From the NCBI GenBank assembly GCA_000708835.1, contig DF237058.1:1-64000 (forward strand): a stretch of DNA of 64,000 nucleotides, in the 5' to 3' direction. Below are positions 18,818 through 32,800 of this stretch, piece after piece. The position numbers and the translations under genes are program-made. This stretch comes from Klebsormidium nitens. Its lineage: Eukaryota; Plantae; Klebsormidiophyceae. Position 1 is the stretch's first letter. Every line of letters begins with the position of its first letter. The notes under the pieces are model-generated. The model did no database searches, was not told the origin of the DNA, and saw only the letters and a program-made list of their open reading frames with translations.

Positions 18818-21800
18818 TCAACCCATCATCTTTGCCCGAGTGAACAAGATACCAGCAAGGAGACCTGCAAAATGAGCAGAAGTCTGTTCGCAAGCGATTG
18901 TCGACAAGGAGAGAGGCACGGCGTTTTTGTTTCGGTTGACAAATCTTGGACGAGGCAGGCGTAGTGCTATCGAGAGAAGGACGACAACCAAAACAAGGTT
19001 CACTATCCTAAAAGTAAAACTTCCGAACAAGCCATTTTTATTACAAGCACGTTGCTCAGAAGGACGTTGATGGCAGCCACTACAGTACGGACCGACATGG
19101 ACTGCGCTCAATGACAAAAAGGAATGGCAGGCATCACATGGGCGTGTAAACGCTTACCGACAGCAATGCTGCCCAGGTTCGGCCACGTCGTGGGCGCATT
19201 GAAGAACCAGATGCCCATGACCGAGAGCGGAATCTTGTTCAATGAGCCCACCAAACTGCACAGCAAAACAGAAAGATACATTTCTACCTTTCCGGCTATG
19301 GTGCAACCAGAGAGTGCGCACATCAGCAATCAGCTTGGTGATGGCACTCGAAAACCTACGCAACAAGGGCGCATTAGCTTTTTGCGCAAGTCACTTGCTG
19401 ACAGCACCATGACCTGTATACCAAAAGCACATTCCTTGCCCATACAGTCTCGACCGACGCCTAGCAACTCTGAAACAACTTATGCGGAAGACTCGTGCAG
19501 GGATAGGCTCGGCCCTCTGCAGCAAAGGGACCACATCTTCTTCGAGGAAGTGTCTCATGTGTCGCAAAATGACCGGGCATCAGACGGAACTTCCAAAACC
19601 TGAGACTTTCGTGCCGGTTGCAATGCAACCTGGCCCAGCAACGTCTTGACCCTGTGTTGAAGGGGCCTGAGAGGGGACACAAAGGGAGGGGGCGCGGACG
19701 CTTGCCTGTAAGTGGTCGGGCTGGTTTGATGTAGGAACCAGAGGGAGCTGAAGCTGATGGATAGCCCCAAAAGGCCGCTGAAGAATGCGGCCACCCAAAA
19801 CGAGGGAACCACCAGCAACGGCCTGCACAGGGGTGGCGCGTCTTCGGTTTCTGCTCTCAATTTTCTCTCACCTCTGGTTAGGTCTTTGGTTATCGTGAGA
19901 AGGAAAAGAAAAACGTTCAGTGGGGCTGCGGAAGCGAACTTTTGACAGATTTCAATTGGTTGGAAGAAGAACGAGTCCGAGACCGCTGCTGCAGGGTCCC
20001 AATCACAGAGATTGGGAAATACACACGAGCGTTGGCACAGGACAGGCCTTGTGCAACAGTCGACTTTCTCATTGTACAATGGGTGATGTTTGCTTCGTCT
20101 ATCATCTGCCAGTTCAGGCTTTGTCTTGACGATTACTTGAGACTTCAATCAGAACAAACAACTAGACTGGCATTTATGGAATCAAGTGGCAAGCAATCCA
20201 ATGATGTCGGTAGAATTCCTCCGGTAACACAAACAGCATCTGACACAGCGACAACTAAGATACACATCGACAATTTCCCAGTCGCCATACTGGACTACCC
20301 AAGAATGTCGGCAAATGCCGACGAGTTGCCCTAAATTTGACATTCGAAGGGACCTGATCTTCCTTCCATCTCGCATCATAACTGCAATGGCCTACATACT
20401 ATACTCAGGAAACGGCAACACTTTTGGAAAGGACAGGTGGTGGTACCAGGGCACTCACGAGGCCCTGAGGCGCGAGACTTCGTCCGTGAGGCAGACGAGA
20501 ACTAGGATGAGCGGCAAGCTGAGCAAGTTGTTGAGCATGACCATGGAGTACTCGTTGAGCGTGCCGGACTTGGTCGCCGCCTTCGCCGTGTCCATCGCCT
20601 TCCGCAGATACAGCTGCATAAAAGACGACTCGGATCTGGCTTTTCGTGTCGTGAGAGGATTGAGTGTGTAAGCATTACGTGCCGTGTCCTTTGTGAGGAT
20701 TTCACTGTCAGGTCTGAATGCCGTACCATGTTTGAAATTTTGACGTCTGTATGCCATCTCGAACTTGGTAGCCACCCATCGCCTTTCGCAGATAGAGGTT
20801 CGGAAAAGACGAGCCGGAACGAGCCTTTCGTTCCAAGAGAACTCTCAGTTTGTCAGCTTTTGAGTGCGCTATGTTTGAGATTGTGACATCTATGTGCCGT
20901 CCCGAACTTGGTGGCCTCGCAGTTTCCATTGCCTTCCGCGATTACAGCTGCGGAGAAGACGAGTCGGATCCTGCCTTCCGTATTGTGAGAGGTTTCAGTG
21001 ATTACGAAGTGAATGTCGTATCCCGTGCCTCCTGCAAATGCAGCTGCCAGAAACAAGCAATTGTTCTTCGGTCCGTTGTTTTTCAAGCGACAAATCAAGA
21101 AGCCAGCAAATAGTTGCTTCAAAGAGAGATCGTTGAGGAATCCTCGATGAACCACTTCAATCTTTACGAATGCAGACACCTCAAGACTGGGGGGCCTGGC
21201 TTGTTCTACGAGCGAAGTGGCCACAGTCAGGAAGTTGAGCGTCTCGTGACGCTTGGGGACATTTAGCCGGGGACAATAGGAAGCCTCTTGCAAGCTCCCA
21301 AATCATCATTCATGAAGCAACGTGATTTCAGTAGACTGCTTAACCCCTACTGAAGGCGAAGAAATCCTCCTCCTATTGAAGCAAGTGCATTCGGAGAGCG
21401 CCTAGTGCTGACCCTAGCTCAGTTGACACACGGCAACGGCACTGACGCTCAATCGGGTATCCTGAGTCGCTGCATTCGGACCATGTAACTGCATGGAATT
21501 CCTATCCTATGGGTTGACTTTACTGATTGAGGAGACTTGATTGCTGATTGCTGCCACGTACCGAGTACCCGGCTGTGAAAAAGCAGTTGATGACCTGCCA
21601 CATATAACCCAGCGGGTTGAAGGACAGGTCCGTGATACCTCCCACCACTCCCGACAAGATCTGCAAGACAAGAACGCAAATTGATTTCTACTCGTCTCTT
21701 AGAGCAAGCGATTGACGGGCCAAGTATCCTAGACGAACGCAGCAAAAGTAGGTCGCTATGCTGATGAGGAATCTCCGGATTCAACCATCTTCAAGGGCTC

Positions 21801-24442
21801 TTATCAGGCAAGGAAACTGAAAAGACTCGTGTGCCAGACTGTATGAGCGCCGCACGTGGCCTTCCAGAAGGATTGTTAGCTTTTGAAGCCCCCAGGGTCC
21901 ACGAATAATCAAGGCAATACCGGCTTCTCCTGAGCATGCGGCCGCAGCGACAAGTGGCAAGACAAGAAGCTGACACCTGTCTCACCACAAGCCCCAGTGA
22001 GCCCCACGTGGCTCGATTATGCCGCTTCCCAAAGAAGAGGGTGTCCCCGACCGCGGTTAGGATGTTGGTTGTGTTCTTCAAGATGGTGACCATCGCAACT
22101 TGCATGTACTTTAGACTGCACACAGACAGATCACAATTGGGTTTGCGCTCGGACTTGTTAACCAAACCTGAATCAACCCCCTTAGACATGAGTTGAAATG
22201 TTGGTCAATCTTCCAGCCTTGAAGATGGAGGAGGAAACAAAAACAGTTGTGAGAACGGGCCCGAGAGAGCTGCTCAAAGCGCTCTTCCCCAGGATGGTAG
22301 ACAACGTGAAGGAGGAGGAGTACATACCATAGACGCATCTGTGATACAAGAGAGAAGTAAAGGCCAATCCCAGACCACAAAGCCCTCCGCACAGCAAGAA
22401 GACAGTGGGGGAACAGATCTGGGCATGGAAAGGGAATCCGGTGGACAAGTACTATCTAGTCTCCACGGAGTTCATTCTTGAGTTGCAATTGCGGCGCTAA
22501 GGGTCTTTGAAGAGCGAAAGGTAGCTCACCTATTGAACCCGCTGAGCAGCATGCCCACGAATATGAGGTTGACCGGCAGCCATATCCGCACGAGGCGCCA
22601 CGTGATGCGCTCCGTGTGGACCAGCCCCAAACCACTGAGCGTGCCAACAATGATCACCGCAATCGAGTTCTGTATGCGCAAAAACATTCATTCGGTCCTT
22701 CATTGCACGCCCTGCTTTTATAATATCAGAGAGGTCTCGTCGACTCATTCCACAGGATGAAGTAACTTAGGATCGATGGGTCTTCCAAGTGGGACAACCA
22801 AGATTCTGGGATTGCTGGCATAAGGGGCCGCAATTATCTCCTCTGCCTGATCCAGTCTCCTTCAGAGCGCTCGATTTCGTTGAACGACTGAACTAGAGAC
22901 GGACGCCGGTACAGCCATTCGCTTTGCAGTGCGGAACTGAAAGGGGCCAGATACTAAGGCACAAATTTGCGATCAGAAACATGCAGTCAGCTGATGAAAG
23001 GTCGGCAGGATTCGTGAAAGTCTACCTATTGCGTATGATAAGGAAAAACGAAGGTAAGAAAGAGAAAACAAGGTTTGCACAAGTGCATTGAGCCACATAA
23101 TTGGACATGACCAGCAGATGTGACTCACAAACGCATCCACTTATCACAACTAAAATTTAATACAAAAACCGTCAGGCTGACAGTCCCATCAAGCGCTCTA
23201 AAAAGGTGCCCATACTTCATCATCATACTTGCCAAGAAATCGATATGACCAGAACGCGACAACATCAAGCAGCCGCCGGCAAGACGAAGAAAGATGCGAC
23301 AAAAGGGTACCTCCTCTTACCTGGAAAAACATGAGCGCGTTTGGTGCGTCAAACCCGAACCCCGAGAGCACCAGCTTATTCAGCAGAATCATGCTAATTG
23401 ACGAGCATGTGTATGCAGCGCCAGCGATGAAAGACTTGCTAGCAAAGAGCGACAGCCAGGAAATGGGCGTCTTTGCGCCGAGGGGGGAGATCAGCCGTTG
23501 CTTCTCGTTGGGGGCTTCCTCATCTTCGGAATCTGAGGCGCCGGAGGAGGCTCCCTTTTCTAGTTGCTTCAGTTGGTCTGGTTTGGGGCGGCTGTGGGGA
23601 GGAGGGACGAAGCCAATCAGCATAAATTTGCGTGCATTTACGATGAGACTATCAATAAGGTGTGTGATTTTGTGAATAGCTACTGGCTGGAGGGGTCAGT
23701 GCATAATGTCTTAGGGGAATTGGGTCCATGTCTGGGCTTGTTCTCAGCTGCTGTTGTAAGGGAGGGAGCAGTGCCGAAATTTCGCGCGGGAAGAAAATTT
23801 TCGTTTATTTGAGCCTGTATAAGGGAGCGCTTAGCTTCCTCACAATCTTCTGAGGAGGCTTGGATCAACTCGCCAAAGTCCTGAGAAGGCCAACTTACCA
23901 TGGTCTGAAACTGGAAACTACATAATGCACCGCAACTTGATAAGCAAGGAATCTGGAAGTTCAGACGGTGCCTGTCTTGAATTCGTTGACACGACTGGAT
24001 CAAACAAGCTCGGACATCAAAAAGCTGCACAGCATTGGCCTTGACCATGGATCTGCACGCATGGTTTGAGAGCTGGCGCTTGTGGACCAAAGAAGTCATA
24101 ATGACTCCGCACAGACCTGATTGATGTGACAGCTTTGCATGGAGAGAACTGTGCGTTTTTCCAAGATATGTGCCACTTTAATCGCACGCCCGCCTCAATG
24201 CACATACCTGCTTAGGTTGCACTATTACACCCTCCATCAAGAATAGTTAGTTGGCCTTACCCTTGGCCCCTCCTGACACTGTTGGGCGTAGCGACGACCA
24301 TTGTGACTCCCTCCCCTGACGCTTCCGGAATGCTGATCTTCCGGAAAAGGGTCTCAGTGCTGCCTGAGCCCCCCAATGTGGAAAGCGAGTCACTGGATCG
24401 GTTGCGAACGCCTGCGACTGTCCTCCGAGGCGGACTATTCAT
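18818..24442 (-). CDS. Golgi nucleotide-sugar (GDP-mannose-type) transporter, GONST family, ~412 aa, 9 exons
   Basis: Exons 24442-24261, 23591-23321, 22669-22530, 22115-21986, 21660-21562, 20613-20459, 19822-19706, 19255-19158, 18864-18818. Motifs SISMILLNKLVL, WLPVNLIFVGML, SLKYMQVAMVTILKNTTN, TDLSF, MVLLNNLLSLP, and the GDP-sugar motif SLVGSLNKIPLS. Intron 19256-19705 needs a GC donor. The first exon is assigned by phase compatibility only. Confidence 0.92.
20590..20990 (-). repeat. Decayed tandem copies of the acceptor and 5' part of GONST exon 6 inside intron 5
   Basis: The anchor CCAT(C/T)GCCTT(C/T)CGC occurs at ~20597 (true exon), ~20781 and ~20931. Flanking matches extend across the junction (AAGACGA(C/G)(T/C)CGGA). 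Confidence 0.8.
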
Positions 24443-26021
24443 TTACTGCTGCAGGACGCACAGACGAGACGGGTTTATTGGCGGCATTTAGCAGCCATGC
24501 GCACCTTGTTTGCGTAGAAGTCCTGCATTCCTCCAGAAAACATCCAACAGAACCAGCGTCTCCAAAAGCAGCAACTGTTAGACAAAGATTGCTTGCACTT
24601 TCCTTCAAAAAACTGAACCATACGATCCACACCAAAGCCCAACACCTGCCTTCAGCTTTTCGAAACATGCACCAACAGCTATTCAGTGTGTCAAACAACG
24701 GCAATCTTCTGATTTCTGATTTGAGCGCCAGGACAAATTGAATGTCTACAGAAGTGCATTCTGCGACCTAATGCAACTCAAAAGGCTGAAAGTGAAGTGG
24801 ATTCCAAACCCCCTTACCTTTTGCCAACCAAGCAAAGTCCCTGAAACTCAAATCCAAGGAGACAGCCGGGAAGATCTGGAGTAGTTACTCCGGAAGCCCA
24901 CTATGTGATCTCGGCCCGTGCAAAAACGGATTCATGACTCCTCCATTAAGGTGGCTTGATGAGATGTCAAGCTATTGACACCATAAAGAGATCCGCCCCT
25001 AGATCTGCTCAGCAAGTTGACAGCAATGCACACAGCAGATGCTTGTCGCCCTGACTCCACTTTTGCTGAGCTGGCTACCTCGACGGAGCGGGGAACAATC
25101 CAAGTACAAGCTCCGAAACCCTTACGCATCCCCCACCTGATTTAAACGACAACTTCGTCTGACGCCCCAAATGTGGAACCTTTCACGAACACCTCAGCAG
25201 AGGAACTGAGGAGCTACCGAAGCCAAGGCGTCTTTGGAACTGAAGCATTGAAAGTTGGCCAGCCTGATGTCAACAGTGTTCAACACAGATTTGGAAGCCA
25301 TTGGCATTTGGCGACTCATTGATGATTGACCACTCAGCAGTCACTCGGAGCATCCCCAGAACTTTGTCACGAGCTGACATCCCGGCCCGCCATTCCCGGA
25401 AAAGGGATGCCAGGTCAATGTGATCTGGACCAAGTTTCGACTGCATCAATGATCATGCGCCTAAAAGTTAGCGGGTGACCCAAAATTCTAGATGAGAGGA
25501 TTGCTGAGTCGGAAGAACAGCCCGGCTACCCCCTGCAGCATTCAGCGAATCAATTTGAGGATCTTGAAACTTCCCCAGCTCGGACCCCCGGGTCTGCGCT
25601 ATTCAGACCGGCTGCCATCTAACTTGCACTTAACCCGGGCGTAAAATACGGATACGGCCGACAGATGTTGCCCTGAATCCTTCAGGCTATACCTCGCGGT
25701 TATACCTTGAGGGTTCCTTTACGTGGAGCGTCCAGCTTCTGGTCGCCTTGTCGTGGCCCTTTTGAGGGATGGGATTGACTGCAAACGGCGACGTGTTCTA
25801 GCCATGCCAAGCCGAGGCTTGCGGCGACCGGGATGGAAACTCACGTGCGTTTTTGGCTGGGGTTTGGGGGCGCAACAAAATACCACCTGATCCGAACTGC
25901 CTAAATGTGGACGTTTATGATTATCAAATTTGTAGGGTTTCAGGATTTTCAGGATTTATTTGACTGTTTTTGGCGCGTTCTTGCGTAGACTCAGAGCCCG
26001 GGCCTGCTTGACAGAAATGCT

Positions 26022-26063
26022 TTCAACTTCAAGTTCAACTTCAACTTCAACTTCAACTTCACC
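26022..26063. repeat. Hexanucleotide microsatellite (TTCAAC)7, imperfect
   Basis: ttcaac ttcaag ttcaac ttcaac ttcaac ttcaac ttcacc. Confidence 0.9.
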
Positions 26064-26897
26064 TGAAGCATTCAATTTCAAATTGGAAATTTTCTTTGGG
26101 CTTCATCAAGTTCATGCTGCCTTCAGCCTTGCTTCAGCTGGTTGTATTACATGTAAGGAGGCTGAAGGAGGGAGGACTTGCTCAACAGCGACCGGACATT
26201 GAATCTCCTCGTCCTCATTCGACTTGGAACCTAAGAAGTCTGCAGGCCATTGAAGTTTGTGGTTGGAGAAGCCTTGGCAAAGCGCGGTCGTTAAGGACCA
26301 GTTCTGCTCGTAAAGCGAAGCTGTAGAAGCCCCGTTGATGCAGAAGGGGGCTCTTGCACCTCTTGAGTGATGTGATGTTAGAGGTGAGCATACCACGTGA
26401 AGGATATTCTATTGTAAGTTCTTCTGTGAACGACGCAATGCCGAGCGGCTGCAAGCATGTGCAAGAAGGTGTTTGATCAATGTGTACGTGGACGTGTGCT
26501 TCTCACAGGCACACCTTTTTCCAAGCTTACTCCAGAAGTTGGTGGACGGTGAGAGTGGGTGAATCTGTGGACTGCCCAGAGTCTGAGCAAACCACCTAGA
26601 CTAGTTGCCTAGCTTTGCAAAGTTTGGGTAAATCGTAAGTTCTCCCATTTCTAAGCAGGGTCCCACCATTTTGCCTCAGGCGCTCTCAAGTCCTGACCAG
26701 ATGTTCAACTTTGTTGATGACCTACTCCCGCAAGATCGCCAGGTTTGACTGACGTCTCACACCGCGTGCAACCACTATTACACAAGCACAGTTGTGTCCC
26801 TTTTATTCCTTCCACATTATTCCAAGCATCATACATGCTTCATTGATGCAGGACATGCCATCGTCTCTGAACTAGCATGCGGATCTGAGGAGCAGGA

Positions 26898-29800
26898 ATG
26901 GACCACGCAAGCACTCCATCCAAGAGCGGGGCCACCGCGCTGACAGGTGTCACGCGGTGTCTGCAACATATCCGGGTTCTCGCTGCATTGTGCGTTGGGA
27001 TCGTGCTGATCATGTCAGGTGAGGCGCTACATGCCTGACATTTTTTATGAAGTTCCTGCTTTCTGGATTTGGTGCTCAGTCAGCTTACATCCACTTGCTT
27101 GATGTTTTTGTGATCTGCTTTCTGTGCTTGGGCTGCATCGAGGAGTGCATGCTGCTAGAAACTGACTGGAGGCGACCTGGGAGAAATAGGACAGTAAATA
27201 GCAAGTGGTAGCTCCGGTATTTGGTGTGCAGTCTCCCACCTTCTAGTACCGCGTTTCTGCACGCTTGCCTCGAATTGATGAAGTGCGAACTCAGAGTGCC
27301 TTCTAAGCTTCCGCAAACAGACGTCAAGTGCCCCACTTCATTTGTTGAGTCCCATTTTGCCGTGCAGCGTGCATCCCCTTCATTCAATGCCACAATGTCT
27401 TTCGGGCGGTTTTGGCATCATGGCAGGCAGCCAACCGGGAACATGTGACAGCTGTCAACGAGGTGCGCGGTGCGACGCAGGAGCTTCATAACCTGCAGAA
27501 ACAGGTGAGAGACAAAGACCAAGCGATTTTTTTGTGAGTGGCGATCGGATGCAATCTAGTCGTACCGTTTGATAGCATTGAGCTGCGATCGACGACAGAA
27601 CTCGACAACAGATTGGAAACAGTCAGTCACTGGAAGTATTGACATCAATTTGCAATAGGTGAAGGAGAATTGGGGGCAAGATGTTGGAAAAAGGGGACGC
27701 CTTAAATGGGAAAAGGATTCACCAGTTGCGGAAGCAGGAGAAGCACCCCTCCACTTTCAAAGAAGTCTTTTGTGACTTCTTGCCAGACTGGCAGCTTGTT
27801 CAAACAACCACTTTGTCCCGCCAGGTGGCAGCGTTGGATGCGTGGCGTATCAGCAGCAACCAGAAGCTGGAGCTAGAGCACAAGTTGCAGGACCTTCGGG
27901 GCCAGGTGAGGCACCAAAGCTTGCAAACATCTCAGTCATCAACTTTTGCATACTCCTTTGCAGCTCCTTACAACAGAGTTCCTGATCAGACCTTGTACGA
28001 CCACCTCTAGGTTCCTCTTTTCAAGTGTTGGCATGCTTGACACCTCTTACATCAATATGCGAACAAGCAACGCAGTACGCAAAGACCTGGACCGGATGGC
28101 TTGGAGGCGTTGAGGAAGCGGGCGCCTGAACCCTCCCAATTTTGCAGTGTGCCATGTCGCTTCTGGCTCACTTGATGCAGCCGAGATCGCTTGGCAGTCC
28201 ATCTAGCGTGGAAAGGGTTTCAACTTTTCTGATTCCGAAACCCCGGACGATGAGAGACCTTTGAAAGCGTAGGGTGTGTCATCCTTCCCCAGTATGTCGC
28301 ATTGGAACGAAGGGCACAATGATCCGCCAAAAGTTCTTCAAACTGCCCCTTGCATGGCCGTTAATGTCCCCTTGAATTAGGTGTGGCGCTTCTCTTTCTC
28401 CAGAATGCGGCGCTGAATGGTGGGGCTCAGGTGATACGCCGGGACTCGTTCAAAATAACCGTCGAATCTCGTCATTTCGCAACCAAGCAAAGAGCCTTCT
28501 TATCGTTTCCAGTATGCGGCGCTGGAGCGTGAGGCGCAGGTGATGCGTCAGGAGCTGTTCAACCTGCAGTACGCGCTCGCTCAGGAAAAGCACCTTCCGC
28601 TCGACAGTCCCGGGTGGAAGCCCCAGGCAGAGCAGGCTAAGGACATACCCGAGAGCCTCGGGTGCGAGAAGGGCAACCACATCTACGACATGTGCCACGT
28701 CACGGTGAGGCTCCGCTTTTGTGTTTCAAAGTCGTTACGTTTCGGGGGTTGCTTCGAAAAGTCTAAAAGACCATGGGATAGAGCATCTACATAGGAGCCT
28801 CGGGTGCGAGAAGGGCAACCATATTTGCGACATGTGCCACGTCACGGTGAGGCTCCGCTTTCCGGTTTAAAGTGGTTCCAGTTTTGAAACTGTTTCAAAC
28901 CGAACGTCCCAAAACACCATGGTCTAGAGCATCTATTCTCGAGAGTTTCGGGTGCGAGAAGGGCAACCAAATCTAGGAAATGTGCCACGTCGCGCTGACG
29001 CTCCGCTCTGAGGCTGTTAAGTCGAGAAACTCTCGGGGTTGAGCATTTGTCAGCGACTCAGCATCCCAGGTCAAGTCTCTGATCCGAGAGTCCATTAACT
29101 TCGGTTACTGATGGAGTTGCTGAGAGTCGTTTGTGCAACAAGTCCCTTTTTGGCATGGGGATGATAAGCTGAGCCGCAAACCTTAAGGGTCGATTCTCAA
29201 CCCTCTATTTGCATTCTGAACACTATACTTCTTGTCTCGAATCTTTACATGCATCCAGAACACTTATCTCGTCTTGAGTCTTTTATCGGGTGTTTGTCAG
29301 CGCCTGTCACAGTAAACTCTCCATGCTGACGAACAAGCGGGTGCGCGTCGTCGCAGGGCGATGTGCGGATCATGCGCGACGGCAAGCGCATCGTGCTCCT
29401 GTCGGACAATCCGTCGCTGCTCGGGAAGACGTACCACATCCAGCCGCACCCGCGCAAGTTCGACGAAGCCATCATGCGAACGTGAGCTGTTACAAAGCCT
29501 TTGCGTGCGCCAAGTTGGATGAATACGTGACGAAATAAAAGCGACTCGCCCATCAGGCGTGGACAGACTCATAGCTGTCGAGGACTGAGGTTTTTATGAT
29601 GGTCGTGGAAGGTCGAAAACAGAGCAACAAATTGCTGAACAGCAAGCTTCCTGCTTTTGTACGGGGCCCCTTAATGTTTCACAGCCCAGATCGTGTGGCT
29701 ACCGGATTGGAGAACCCTACTATGGTACCACAAAATACCTGTCACTGGCTAAGTTAACCATTAGCATCCGCTATGCACAAGAGAGAGTGTCATACTTTCT

Positions 29801-32800
29801 GCTTGTAACGGCAAGACTTACCAGCTTGGAGTTAAAACCATTTAATCACGTCAGCAAACTCCCACTCCGCTCCGTGCCAGCAGAATTGAGCTGTTGGTGC
29901 AGCCCATCAGTGAAAGCGCTGGCGCTCGGCAAGTGCGTCAACAGACTAAACCACTTGACACGTCAGCAGAGTATTGAACTTCGCTCCACTCCATGCAGCG
30001 ACGTCAGCAAGATCGAGTTGTCGGTGCAGCCGACCGCGAATGCGCTGGGGCTCGGCAAGTGCGTCAACATGAAGCCGACGACGCTGCCGGTGCTCGTGTT
30101 TTCGGTTGGCGGGATGATCGGCAACTTTGTCAACGACTACAGCGACGTGGTATGTGGCGGCCTCAAGTTGACTTTGTCATCTTTCAAGGAGGGGCGCAAA
30201 ATGTCAAGACGTCCCTTGAGGATCGTATCAGAGCCCAAAGAAGGGCCGAAAGATGAGTGGAAATAGAGAACTCAGATGGATCGTGTGCTTGCGTTCATGG
30301 GCGACGCTTTCATTTCGGATTCACGATTGCGTTCTGTTGGACAAGTCAAGCTTGTCCGCCTCCTACTCCGCCACTGACCCTATTTCTAACTTTCAATCTC
30401 CCTGACATTCCTCCAAATGCTGACGTCATCCTTTTATTCCCACCATTCCTCCCGCTGTTGCAAAGTACGGGGCGAGTTTCTGTTGCACGACTGTACTCGT
30501 CGTTCCCAAGACCCCTGCTGACGTCGCTCTGAAGCGCTGACGTCATTTATGATTCCCCGCAGTTCCTCCCGCTTACCAAACGGCGGCCAGGAAATGGGGT
30601 GGGGCGGTGCTGCACGTAAATTGACAAAGCCCTTGACTGACGTCATTCCGCCTGTGGTTCACTCCGATCGCTGACGTCATCCCTGTTCTCCCGCAGTTCA
30701 CTTGCTGTACCGAACTGCGGCCAAGAACCGGGGGCGAGGTGGTGTTGCACGTTCGCAATCATCATCCCAACACCGCTGCTGACGTCATCCGGATTGCAAA
30801 TTCGTCGCAGTGCTGACGTCATCTCTGTTTCCCTGCAGTTTCTTCCACTGTACCAGACGGCAGCCAAGTACCGGGGCGAGGTGGTGTTGCACGTGATCGA
30901 CAAGGCGTGGTGGGCGGTCAGCAACATCGAGATGATCCAGGCGTTCTCCAACTACAAGGTAACGGCTAAATACGTAAAGAATGAATTGTGGCGTCAGGGT
31001 ATGTGACTCTCTGAGGGATTCCCTCGGCCTTTTTCGAAATGTAGGCCTTTTCTCAAAAGGTGGAGCCGAATGCGTAAAAGGGAGGTTTGTTACTTCAGCT
31101 TTTGAGGCTTCACGGGTTTTCAGAAGCTTCGCAACCCCGAGTTAATGCAGGTCTTTTGCCAAGGTTTAAGGTGCGGACAGGAGGTAATAAGACGTAACAG
31201 GAGGTTGAGGATGCAAGATTTGGGATGCTGGAAGTGTTCTTAAGCTCGAAGCGTCCAGGATCTATGCGCTGGAACTAGAAGGCTCGGTGTTTGGCAGTTG
31301 TGCTTACAACTGCAGCGCCATTAAGGATCTAGTGCCGATGGCAGAAGGCCCAATAATCTACTTGCAGTTGAACGTGCAGCCAGACCGTGTGTCCACGTGG
31401 CAACATGGTTTCAAACCACGGTTCTTTATTCTTGTAATCGACAAGCACAAAAATAAGGGAACCTTGTCTTCTCGACTTTGAGTGCTCAACCGGTTGGGAC
31501 GGTCGTTTTCAGGTGCACGTTGCTGCAGTGGACGACTTTGCGGATGATGCCGCGAAATTCATGGACTGCTTCTACAAAGTGCACGTAAGCCCTGATCGCT
31601 TGAAGTCTTCCAAAACTCTCCATTCATTTTCGTATGGAAGCTTGAAGTGGTTTCTGGGACGACGCCCCGTAGTTTATGGAATGCAAAGTGTCCGTGAGCC
31701 CGGCCGATCGCACGAGAAATCTCCTTGCTCATTGCAACTGAGAAGCATCGAGTGACCATGCGGACGACTCAGTGAAGTCTGTGGTTCGATTGTGCCAAGT
31801 GCACGTGAGCAGCGCAGCAGATTGGTCGCACGAATTTCTGTTCGCGTTTTGTGCTTCGCTTCCTTTCCTTCAGCAAGTGCACAGAATTCTGTCAGTGGCT
31901 CTATCTCGTGTCGAACTTCGAAACGAATCGTGACTTGAGCTAAAGTCACTCCTCATCTACGAAAACAAACTGCGGTGTCGATCTTAATTGCAGACCAACC
32001 ACAAGGGTTCAACTCTCGCCAGATTGCTTGTTGTCTGCAGCTTCTGAGCAGCGTTGTCAGGCCCTGACATGCCTTCTCGCCGAGATTTCCTCTTAGTCGC
32101 CTCGGAAGAGAAATTGAGCTCGCATTTCCTGAGCTCCTGCCCTGTTCCTCCACTCCCATACCTTGCTTTCTCGATTCAGATCGGCCTCAAGTCGCACCTC
32201 ATCTTTTACGACATGATCAACTCGCAAGGCCACTTGGACGAGTCCCTTGCGGGCGTAAAGCTCCGCGGGTTCAGCGACGCCGTCGCGGCCGGAATGGGTC
32301 TCCCGACCCCGCTACCGTCTCCCGTAGAAACCGCAAAAAAGAAACCGACGCTCGGGATCCTGACCAAGACCGGGAAGCGGAGGCTAGTCAATGAGAAGGA
32401 GGTCGCAGCTTGGGCGCGGGAGGCGGGCTTCGACGTACTGGTTCTCGACTGCGATATGCACTGCACCAAGACGCCCTGGACTGATCTGGTGAGCGGCTGA
32501 ATTGCAATTCCTCTGCGGTTCTGTCATTTGACGTCATTTCCACGGCCCTTGGTTGACCACTTTCCAGGCCCGCGTCCATCAGCTTTTGGCTGCTGTAGTT
32601 GCAAAGCTCTTCGTGAGATGCTCGGCATAACAGTCGCTGCAAGGGCGCTGCGTTTCCAGCGCACGAACCTATGGGGAATGTTTGCGGCGGTGACAGCTGG
32701 GAGATGCTGACAAGAATCGGAGATCCGCTAAACCGTCTGTTTTTGGGGCATGCCCGAACCCTTTGGTTGAAGAGCAACGAGACAGGAGTACATTTTCTCC

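Noticed and set aside
19555-20148. 197-aa minus-strand ORF
   Set aside because: Intron read-through around GONST exon 7; only the 117-nt exon is conserved.
25960-26396. ORFs overlapping the (TTCAAC)n repeat (STST or EVEV runs)
   Set aside because: Low complexity from the microsatellite; no splice-consistent gene model found.
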